A stretch of DNA of 64,000 nucleotides. Source: Elusimicrobiota bacterium (GTDB taxonomy: Bacteria > Elusimicrobiota > Elusimicrobia > UBA1565 > UBA9628). The translations under genes and the position numbers were made by a program. The stretch is taken from assembly GCA_023249645.1 (NCBI GenBank), contig JAHFCF010000014.1:8734-72733 (forward strand). Reading direction: 5' to 3'. Positions 44,336-51,627 of the stretch are shown here, one piece after another. Position 1 is the stretch's first letter, and every line of letters starts with the position of its first letter. The notes under the pieces were generated by a model that searched no databases, was not told the DNA's origin, and worked only from the letters and a program-made list of their open reading frames with translations.

Positions 44336-45159
44336 GCGCGCCACTCGGCCTCATCGCCGGAGCCGGACGCTTCCCGCTGCTCTTCGCGGCAGAGGCCAAG
44401 CGCCAGGGCATCCCCCTGGTGGCCCTGGGCATCAAGGGAGTGACCGACCCTTCCCTGGAACAGTGGACCGGCAAGGTTGAATATTTCCCGTTGGGGCAGA
44501 TCTCCAAGCCCCTCGCTCTGTTCCAGGAAGCCGGAGTGCGCCAAGCGGTCATGGCCGGCAAGGTCCAGCATGCCTCGCTCTTCGGCGGCGTCCTGCCTGA
44601 CTGGCGCGCCATCAAGCTGCTCGCCTCTTTGAAAGACAAGCGCACGGACACGATCCTTAAAGCCGTGGCCGATGAGTTCGCCAAGGAGGGCATCGAGCTT
44701 CTGCCTTCGACCACTTTCCTGACGCACCTCTTGGTCACGCCCGGCCCGATCACACGCCGCCAACCCACAGCCGCGGAAGAGGCCGATATCCTGCTGGGCT
44801 GGGCGGCCGCCAAGGCCGTAGCCGGCTTCGATATCGGCCAGACCGTGGTCGTCAAAGACGGAGCCGTCATCGCGGTGGAAGCCATGGAGGGCACGGACGC
44901 CGCCATCCTGAGGGCGCGCGACATCGCCCGCTCCCACGGCCAACGACCGGATCTGACCGTCGTCAAAGTCGCCAAACCACGCCAGGACATGCGCTTCGAT
45001 GTGCCAGTCCTGGGCCTGGAGAGCCTGGCCGTCTTCGCCGAGGCCGGGGTCTCGGCCGTCGCCATCGAGTCAGGGAGCACCCTCATCTTCGACAAGGACG
45101 AATTCATCCGCAAAGCCGACAGCCAAGGCCTCACCATCATCGGAAAGGAGACTGCATGA
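44332..45159 (+). CDS. lpxI: UDP-2,3-diacylglucosamine pyrophosphatase LpxI (DUF1009)
   Basis: It has LGLIAGAGRFPLLFAAEAKRQGIPLVALGIKG and the C-terminal GQTVVVKDGAVIAVEAMEGTDAAI...FDVPVLG. Only a CTG (44332) is available upstream of the conserved N-terminus (see findings). Confidence 0.7.
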   Translation: MSAPLGLIAGAGRFPLLFAAEAKRQGIPLVALGIKGVTDPSLEQWTGKVEYFPLGQISKPLALFQEAGVRQAVMAGKVQHASLFGGVLPDWRAIKLLASLKDKRTDTILKAVADEFAKEGIELLPSTTFLTHLLVTPGPITRRQPTAAEEADILLGWAAAKAVAGFDIGQTVVVKDGAVIAVEAMEGTDAAILRARDIARSHGQRPDLTVVKVAKPRQDMRFDVPVLGLESLAVFAEAGVSAVAIESGSTLIFDKDEFIRKADSQGLTIIGKETA

Positions 45160-46202
45160 GCCCGGAGCCTCGCGTCAAGATCGCCGTGGTCGGGGCCGGC
45201 AAGATCGGGACCTTGCACGCCAAGGTCCTGGTCAAGACCCCGGATTTCGAGCTCGCCGCCGTCTGCGACACCAACCTGTGGCGGGCGCAGTTCGCGGCCT
45301 GGCAGTGCAACAGCGTCGCCGTGCGCGACTACCGCGACGTCCTGCGCCAATGCGACGCCGTGATCGTGGCCGTGCCCACGCCCCTGCACCTCGAGGTGGG
45401 CCTGGCCGCGCTGCGCGCGGGCAAGCATGTCCTCATCGAGAAGCCTCTGGCCTCCTCGGTGGAGGAGGCCAAGCAGCTCTTGGACGCGGCCGAGGCCAAC
45501 CACGCCGTCCTCATGGTGGGCCACGTCGAACGCTTCAATCCCGCGGTCCTGGAGGCCATCAAGCACATCCGCAGCCCCCGCTTCATCACCGTCGAGCGTC
45601 TCGGGCCGTACGACCCGCGCATGAGCCATATCGGAGTGGTCCTCGACCTCATGATCCATGACCTCGACATCCTCCTCACGCTGGTCGGCTCGCCGGTCGA
45701 GTCTCTGGAAGCCGTGGGCGCGCATCTCTTGAGCCGCCACGAGGACATCGCCAATGTCCGGGTACGCTTCAAGTCCGGCTGCATCGCGGACTTGACCGCG
45801 AGCCGCGTCTCCATCAACAAGAGCCGCAAACTGCGCGTCTTCCAGAAGGATTCCTACATCTCTCTGGACTACGGCAACACGGCGCTCAAGATCTACAGGA
45901 AGAAGACTCCGGTCATCAAGAGCTTGAAGGACATCGAGATCCTGCGGCCCAAGTTCCCCAAGACCGAGCCGCTGCGCAACGAACACCTGCATTTCCTCGA
46001 TTGCATCCGCCACCATCGCAAGCCGTGGCCCAGCGGAGAACATGGCACGGAAGCCCTCAAGCTGGCCCTGCAGATCTCAGAGGAGCTCGAACGCTACGAA
46101 GTCTCCGATTACGTCGGCACGCGCTCGCTCATCCCCTCCTGGGCCCATGACCTGGGCCGCATCGCCAAGACCGTGGGCAAGGACATGCTGCGTGGGGATT
46201 GA
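45156..46202 (+). CDS. Gfo/Idh/MocA oxidoreductase embedded in the lipid A cluster (GnnA-like position)
   Basis: It has IAVVGAGKIGTLHAKV, IEKPL and GHVERFNPA. ATGA overlaps join it to both neighbours. Confidence 0.75.
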   Translation: MSPEPRVKIAVVGAGKIGTLHAKVLVKTPDFELAAVCDTNLWRAQFAAWQCNSVAVRDYRDVLRQCDAVIVAVPTPLHLEVGLAALRAGKHVLIEKPLASSVEEAKQLLDAAEANHAVLMVGHVERFNPAVLEAIKHIRSPRFITVERLGPYDPRMSHIGVVLDLMIHDLDILLTLVGSPVESLEAVGAHLLSRHEDIANVRVRFKSGCIADLTASRVSINKSRKLRVFQKDSYISLDYGNTALKIYRKKTPVIKSLKDIEILRPKFPKTEPLRNEHLHFLDCIRHHRKPWPSGEHGTEALKLALQISEELERYEVSDYVGTRSLIPSWAHDLGRIAKTVGKDMLRGD

Positions 46203-46206
46203 CGGT

Positions 46207-47286
46207 ATGACCATCCTCATCGTGGCCGGCGATCCCTCAGGAGATCTGCACGGCGCGCATCTGGCACGAGAACTTAAAAAGAACGGAGCAAAAATCTCCG
46301 CAATCGGCGGCCCGCTCCTGAAGCAAGAAGCGGACGAATTCATCGAGGACCTCGCCTCCCACGCCATCACCGGCTTCTGGGAGCCGGTCGCCAAGCTGGG
46401 CTTTCTGCTCCGTCTCGGCCTGCGGCTGAAAACTTTCATAGCCGAAAAGAAGCCGTCAGCCGTTGTCTGCATCGACTATTACGGCTTCAACCGCCATGTC
46501 CTGCGCTTTGCCAAGCAAGCCCATGTCCCGGCTTATTACTTCATCAGCCCCCAAGTCTGGGCCAGCCGGCCGGGCCGCATCGCCGTCCTGAAGCAGCTCG
46601 TCCAGAAGATGCTGGTCATCTTCCCTTTCGAGGAAACACTCTATCGCGAAGCGGGCGTGCCTGTCCGCTTCGTGGGGCATCCGCTCCTGGATCTGCTCCC
46701 CCAACCTCAAGCCCAACGCGCCCTGCAACCGCCTTTTTCCATCGGGTTGCTCCCTGGCAGCCGATCGTCGGAAGTCAAAAGACACCTGCCCGTTTTCTTA
46801 GAGGCGCTGGCCCTCATCCAGGCCCGCTTTCCTGGCTCTCAGGCCCTTCTGTTCGCTTCGGCGCACTTGCCGGACGAGGCCTATGCGCCCGCTCTGGGCC
46901 AGGCTGAAATCATCCGGGAGACCGGCTATGAACGCCGGCGCGATCTGGATCTCGTCCTCTCCTCATCCGGCACCGCCACGTTGGAAAACGCTCTGCTCGG
47001 TCTGCCCATGGTCGTCGTCTACAAGATGTCCTGGCTCACCTACGCCATAGCCCGGGCGCTGATCCGGGTGAAGCATATCGCGATGGCCAATCTCTTGGCG
47101 GACAAGGCTCTCGTGCCGGAGCTCATCCAGCAAGACGCCACGCCCCAGCGCGTGGCCCAAGCTGCCATCGAGATCCTCTCCTCTGCGCCCCATCATGCGG
47201 CCATACGCCAGGAACTCCTCTCCTTGCGCCGCGCTCTGGGAGAAAGCGGGGCGGTCCAGCGCGCGGCCCAGGAGATCCTGCGATGA
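46207..47286 (+). CDS. lpxB: Lipid-A-disaccharide synthase
   Basis: It has MTILIVAGDPSGDLHGAHLAREL, YYFISPQVWASRPGR and SGTATLENALLGLPMVVVYK. Confidence 0.9.
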   Translation: MTILIVAGDPSGDLHGAHLARELKKNGAKISAIGGPLLKQEADEFIEDLASHAITGFWEPVAKLGFLLRLGLRLKTFIAEKKPSAVVCIDYYGFNRHVLRFAKQAHVPAYYFISPQVWASRPGRIAVLKQLVQKMLVIFPFEETLYREAGVPVRFVGHPLLDLLPQPQAQRALQPPFSIGLLPGSRSSEVKRHLPVFLEALALIQARFPGSQALLFASAHLPDEAYAPALGQAEIIRETGYERRRDLDLVLSSSGTATLENALLGLPMVVVYKMSWLTYAIARALIRVKHIAMANLLADKALVPELIQQDATPQRVAQAAIEILSSAPHHAAIRQELLSLRRALGESGAVQRAAQEILR

Positions 47287-48734
47287 CCCCCTTGGACAAG
47301 AACCAGCTGGTCGAGAAGTTCAGCGCCTATGCCCCGCATGTGGACACCGCGCTTCTGATCAAGGCCTACGACTTCTCCATCAAGGCGCACGGCGACCAGG
47401 CCCGGGCCTCGGGGGAGGAGTACTTCATCCACTGCCGCTCCGTGGCCACCTCGCTGGTGGACTGGAAGATGGATCTTCCCACGGTCTGCGCGGGACTCCT
47501 GCACGACGTGCTCGAAGATACGCCGGTCACGGCCGCGGCCATGACGGCCGAGTTCGGCGAAGAAATCACGCGCCTGGTCTCAGGCGTGACCAAGCTTGAG
47601 CATTTCCAGTACTCTTCGCGAGACGATGTCCAGGCCGAGAACTGGCGCAAGATGCTCCTGGCCACGGCCCAGGACATCCGCGTCATCATCATCAAGCTCG
47701 CCGACCGCCTGCACAACATGCAGACCCTATCCTACCTGACCGACGAGCAGCAGCAGCGCATCTCTCACGAGACCATCTCCCTTTACGCCCCCCTGGCGCA
47801 CCGCCTGGGGATGTTCCAGCTCAAGGGCCATCTCGAGGATCTGGCCTTCCAGCGCCTCTGGCCCCAGGAATTTAAGGATCTCGAGGCCAAGGTCAACGCC
47901 CAACTCGCCACGCGGGAGGCGACGCTGAAGAAATTCAAGGAGTCCGTGGAAAAAGCCCTGGCCGAGACGCAGCTCCCGCACCGGATCCTCTCACGCTCCA
48001 AGAGTCTCTACTCCATCTACGGAAAAATGCAGCGCCAGGCCAAGCCCTTCGAGGAGATCCAGGACGCCCTGGGCGTGCGCATCATCACGGACAACATCGC
48101 CGACTGCTACGCCCTCCTGGGCACCGTGCACACGCAATTCAAGCCCGTGGCCGGGAGCTTCACGGACTACATCTCGATCCCCAAGATGAACCTCTACCAG
48201 AGCCTGCACACGACCGTCATGGGCCCAGACGGAGAGCTCGTCGAGATCCAGATCCGCACCGAGGAGATGCACCGCACTTCCGAGTACGGCATCGCCGCGC
48301 ACTGGCGCTACAAGATCGGAGAGCACGCCAAGGACGCGCACCTGGAGGAGAAGCTCAATTGGCTGCGGCAATGGATCGAGTGGCTCCAGGATTTAAAGAG
48401 CCCGCGCGAATTCCTGGACAGCCTCAAGACGGACCTCGACCTCCATCAGGTCTTCATCTTCACGCCTGCCGGGGAGGTCAAATCCCTGCCCGCGGGCTCC
48501 ACCCCGCTCGACTTCGCCTTCACCGTGCACACAGCCATCGGCATGGCGTGCGTGGGCGCGCAGGTCAACAACAAGATGGTCAAGCTCGACTACCAGCTCA
48601 AATCCGGCGATATCTGTAAGATCATCACGCGCAAGGGCTCGGTCCCCAAGAAGGACTGGCTCATGTTCGTCAAGACAGCCCGCGCGCGATCCAAGATCAG
48701 AAGCTACCTCCGGGAAAAAGGGATCGTCGCCTAA
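47283..48734 (+). CDS. RelA/SpoT homologue, HD hydrolase + synthetase + TGS only (C-terminally short, 483 aa)
   Basis: It has HCRSVA...AGLLHDVLEDT (the HD domain), YQSLHTTV..LVEIQIRT..M...EYGIAAHWRYK (the synthetase domain) and VFIFTPAGEVKSLPAGSTPLDFAF (the TGS domain). It ends 50 aa after TGS. Confidence 0.85.
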   Translation: MTPLDKNQLVEKFSAYAPHVDTALLIKAYDFSIKAHGDQARASGEEYFIHCRSVATSLVDWKMDLPTVCAGLLHDVLEDTPVTAAAMTAEFGEEITRLVSGVTKLEHFQYSSRDDVQAENWRKMLLATAQDIRVIIIKLADRLHNMQTLSYLTDEQQQRISHETISLYAPLAHRLGMFQLKGHLEDLAFQRLWPQEFKDLEAKVNAQLATREATLKKFKESVEKALAETQLPHRILSRSKSLYSIYGKMQRQAKPFEEIQDALGVRIITDNIADCYALLGTVHTQFKPVAGSFTDYISIPKMNLYQSLHTTVMGPDGELVEIQIRTEEMHRTSEYGIAAHWRYKIGEHAKDAHLEEKLNWLRQWIEWLQDLKSPREFLDSLKTDLDLHQVFIFTPAGEVKSLPAGSTPLDFAFTVHTAIGMACVGAQVNNKMVKLDYQLKSGDICKIITRKGSVPKKDWLMFVKTARARSKIRSYLREKGIVA

Positions 48735-49205
48735 ATGGCACTGCGGCGCGAGCATCTCGACCAATTCGCCAAGTACGCCCTGGCCGGTCTCGTGGCCACT
48801 GCGGTCGATGTGGGCATCTTCTATCTCGTCGCCATCACACTGCTGCCGGCGCTCACGCCCAACGACCCGGTGGCGCGGCTCTTCGGTCTGAGCATCGCCC
48901 CCCTCGCTGAAAACATCCGCTCCTCACACTATGTCTGGGGCAAGGTCATCGCTTTCATGTTCTCGAATCTGGCGTGCTACTGGGTCAACATCCGCTGGGT
49001 CTTCACGCCCGGACGGCACAAGCGGCACGTGGAGATGGCCCTGTTCTTTGCCGTGTCAACGACCAGCTTCGTGCTCGGCACGGCCCTGGGCTGGCTGTTG
49101 ATCCGGACCTCGGGCCTGCCGACGACCTACGCCTACATCGCCAACGGCGCGGCGTCTTTGGCCATCAATTTCGCGGGGCGGAAATTCATCGTGTTCAAGG
49201 GCTGA
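48735..49205 (+). CDS. GtrA-family membrane protein (polyprenol-P-sugar translocation family)
   Basis: It has FAKYALAGLVATAVDVGIFY, 4 TM segments and the C-terminal NFAGRKFIVFKG. Confidence 0.75.
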   Translation: MALRREHLDQFAKYALAGLVATAVDVGIFYLVAITLLPALTPNDPVARLFGLSIAPLAENIRSSHYVWGKVIAFMFSNLACYWVNIRWVFTPGRHKRHVEMALFFAVSTTSFVLGTALGWLLIRTSGLPTTYAYIANGAASLAINFAGRKFIVFKG

Positions 49206-49211
49206 ACCGCT

Positions 49212-49940
49212 TTACTTCGACCCGCCGGCCCAGTCTTGCCGGTCAATATCTCTTTTTGCCAGCGCCAGGCGCAACTCGCTCTGCATGGCCAAGGCCTTGG
49301 GATAGCTCTTCTCCAGGCGCGAGATGCTACCGTCCCGGCTGTCTCCCAATCGGTCTCTGCCGAAGCTCTCGATCTGCGCCCCATAGGCCGCGCGAAAGTG
49401 CCGGATCTCGTCAATGGTTTTGGAAAGCTTCTCGAGCTGCGCCTCTGCCGCAAGATTGTATTTCACGACGCCTGCCGCCACGTCCTTGATGGCGTAAGGC
49501 GGCAGATAGTAGTCGACGTGGGAACACGCCTCGCGCAGCAGAATCTCGGCGATTTGAGGCAGAGTCCTCTCCACAAATTGCTGCGCCAAGATTTTTCTGC
49601 CCTTTTTCGTGCCAAACTCCTTGATCGCTTGCTCTCGAACACTATAGCGCTGGAATGAGCCCATAAAATCCAGCAAAGGCGTGGCTCCCATTCGATATTC
49701 GTTCATCTCCAAATAGGAGGGTCTGTTGAAATCCGCTTCGATCTGCCTGACGATTGTCCCTTCAGGCGAATCAACGAAGCCGTACATGCGCTCACCCCAG
49801 CCGGGGTTGTCCTTCTCAATGGCCGCCATGGGAGTGAGTGTGCCATGGCCCAGGCTCCCTGGCTGGACGACCTGTGCCGCTTGCAGGCAGGGAACGACCG
49901 TCACGATTAAGAAAGCTGCCGTGAACTGCGTCAACTTCAT
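49212..49940 (-). CDS. Hypothetical secreted protein
   Basis: It is 242 aa with the signal-like N-terminus MKLTQFTAAFLIVTVVPCLQAAQ. I recognised no motif. Confidence 0.55.
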   Translation of the reverse strand: MKLTQFTAAFLIVTVVPCLQAAQVVQPGSLGHGTLTPMAAIEKDNPGWGERMYGFVDSPEGTIVRQIEADFNRPSYLEMNEYRMGATPLLDFMGSFQRYSVREQAIKEFGTKKGRKILAQQFVERTLPQIAEILLREACSHVDYYLPPYAIKDVAAGVVKYNLAAEAQLEKLSKTIDEIRHFRAAYGAQIESFGRDRLGDSRDGSISRLEKSYPKALAMQSELRLALAKRDIDRQDWAGGSK

Positions 49941-49991
49941 ACCTTAAGTTTACACCCAAAGCCCACAAAACGCATGGGCCCTTGGGCCCAG

Positions 49992-50008
49992 ATTCGTCTA
50001 GGACGAAT
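49992..50008. promoter_or_regulatory. Perfect 7-3-7 palindrome ATTCGTC-TAG-GACGAAT in a divergent intergenic region
   Basis: I read it directly from the sequence. It lies 24 nt upstream of the ATG at 50032 and next to a second GC palindrome, TGGGCCC-TT-GGGCCCA (49975-49990). Confidence 0.35.
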
Positions 50009-50031
50009 GGCCTATTTGATAAAATAGTCCC

Positions 50032-50796
50032 ATGAAGATCGCGCTGGCGCAAATCGACATGGGTTGGGAAGACAAGAAGGCTGCCAAGGCAAAGATCCTT
50101 TCCTTAATAAGGTCCCTGCCAGCGACAGAACGCCTGGATTGGCTCGTTTTCCCGGAGATGACCCTGTCCGGATTCTCCCTCCATCAGGATCAAGCCACCC
50201 TGGACGCCGCAGATCTCGCCTTCTTCGCTGACCTGGCCCGACAGCACAACACCGCCATCTCTTTCGGCGGTGTGGAGGATGGCCACAACAACCTCATCAC
50301 CATGGACAAAACCGGCCAGATCATCTCCCGGTATTCCAAGACCCACCTCTACTGCTTCGGCCAAGAGCACAAGTCCTACAAACCCGGCTCCACACTCGAG
50401 CGCTTCGCCTTAAATGGACTCTCCATCGCTCCGATCGTCTGCTTCGACCTGCGCTTCCCCTATCTCTTCTGGAATCAAGCCCTTCAAACCGACCTCTTCG
50501 TAGTCATCGCCTCCTGGCCGGCCCGCCGCAGCGAGCATTGGCTGCGCCTTTTGCAGGCGCGCGCCATCGAGAACCAGGCCTATGTCGTGGGCGTCAACCG
50601 CACGGGCCGCGATCCCTCCGTGGAGTACAGCGGCAATTCCATGATCTTCGACCCCTTGGGAAAGCCCCTCCTGGACTGCCAATCCCAGGAAGGCGTGTTC
50701 CTGTGCGAGGCGGATGTGACGCACTCGGGCGTCGTGAAGGTCCGCGACCGCTTTCCCTTCCTTAAGGAGAGGCGGGCGGATCTGCCGTTTGCGTGA
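50032..50796 (+). CDS. Carbon-nitrogen hydrolase (nitrilase superfamily) protein
   Basis: It has MKIALAQID, FPEMTLSGF (the catalytic Glu), K in YSKTHLY, and IVCFDLRFP (the catalytic Cys). Confidence 0.8.
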   Translation: MKIALAQIDMGWEDKKAAKAKILSLIRSLPATERLDWLVFPEMTLSGFSLHQDQATLDAADLAFFADLARQHNTAISFGGVEDGHNNLITMDKTGQIISRYSKTHLYCFGQEHKSYKPGSTLERFALNGLSIAPIVCFDLRFPYLFWNQALQTDLFVVIASWPARRSEHWLRLLQARAIENQAYVVGVNRTGRDPSVEYSGNSMIFDPLGKPLLDCQSQEGVFLCEADVTHSGVVKVRDRFPFLKERRADLPFA

Positions 50797-51370
50797 GCCG
50801 GTTGTAGAAGGCCGCCAGGGCCAGTCCCGCGAAAGGCATGGTGACCAAGGCGCCGATGCCCACGACCAGGATGCCCGACACGCCGATGAGGGCCAAGACG
50901 AGCGAGTAGCCGCAGAACCTGAGCTTCTGCCCGTCCATCAGCGCGGCAGAACGCTGCATCGCTCCCCAGCCGGAAAGCGCCGATTTTGAACGGATGTCAT
51001 CTGCTAGGAGGAACATCGTCTGAGACCACATCAGGCCGAGGATGATGCCGGGGACGACGAGACAGATCACTCCCAAAAGCACCAGGATCGTCATCAGAAG
51101 TCCTGTGACGAAAACCGGGACATAATAGGAAAATCCCTGGAAAATATCAATGAACCGAGGCGTGTCCTGGCCGCGCACGGCAGTGAGCATTAAGAGAAAA
51201 TAGCCCAGAACAAGGTGGGGCCACACAAAGAGGATGACCAGCGGGAACATGTGCGCCACACGCAGAAGGAGCATGTAAACGACAAAGCCGGAGAGGAGGA
51301 CGCCGAAATGCGCCTTGAAGGTCTCGAAGGCGTCGGAAAGGATGTCCTGCAGGCCGAAGTCCTGCGCCAT
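50762..51370 (-). CDS. Hypothetical polytopic membrane protein
   Basis: It is 202 aa with about 5 TM segments and no catalytic motif. Its 3' end overlaps the nitrilase-family gene by 35 nt (convergent). Confidence 0.55.
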   Translation of the reverse strand: MAQDFGLQDILSDAFETFKAHFGVLLSGFVVYMLLLRVAHMFPLVILFVWPHLVLGYFLLMLTAVRGQDTPRFIDIFQGFSYYVPVFVTGLLMTILVLLGVICLVVPGIILGLMWSQTMFLLADDIRSKSALSGWGAMQRSAALMDGQKLRFCGYSLVLALIGVSGILVVGIGALVTMPFAGLALAAFYNRLTQTADPPASP

Positions 51371-51385
51371 GATCGTCCGGCGGCG

Positions 51386-51580
51386 CTATCGCGTCGGCCG
51401 GATGGCGCGTCCGGACTTGATGCAGTCCGTGCACACGTAAGCCATGCGCGTGCGCCCGGCGAGGACGACCTTCTGCCTCTGCAGATTGGGGCGGAAGATC
51501 CGTTTGGAGGCCCGGTTCGAGTGGCTGTAGCTTTTACCCGAGACCGGTCCTTTAGCGCAGATGCTGCACTTGAATGCCAT
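51386..51580 (-). CDS. rpmB: 50S ribosomal protein L28
   Basis: The sequence MAFKCSICAKGPVSGKSYSHSNRASKRIFRPNLQ... is 64 aa long. The track start 51637 is an over-extension. Confidence 0.9.
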   Translation of the reverse strand: MAFKCSICAKGPVSGKSYSHSNRASKRIFRPNLQRQKVVLAGRTRMAYVCTDCIKSGRAIRPTR

Positions 51581-51627
51581 GATTATTCCTTTTAAGACCG
51601 CGGGAAATGTTACAAAATAGGCTTGAG

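Noticed and set aside
43529-44340. The idea that lpxA and lpxI are a single frameshifted or fused gene or a pseudogene.
   Set aside because: lpxA ends with a normal-length C-terminal helical domain and a clean TGA. lpxI is in another frame, with an in-frame TGA just upstream. Both proteins look intact, so I kept only the unusual-start observation.
44286-46043. A 585-aa minus-strand ORF antisense to lpxI and the Gfo/Idh/MocA gene.
   Set aside because: It has the same high-GC antisense pattern (Arg/Ala/Asp-rich, no motifs). The plus strand is fully explained by well-supported genes.
50762-50796. A 35-nt convergent 3' overlap between the nitrilase-family gene and the membrane-protein gene.
   Set aside because: It is probably genuine but trivial. 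Both C-terminal tails are unconserved-looking, I see no regulatory structure, and nothing points to a functional antisense interaction.
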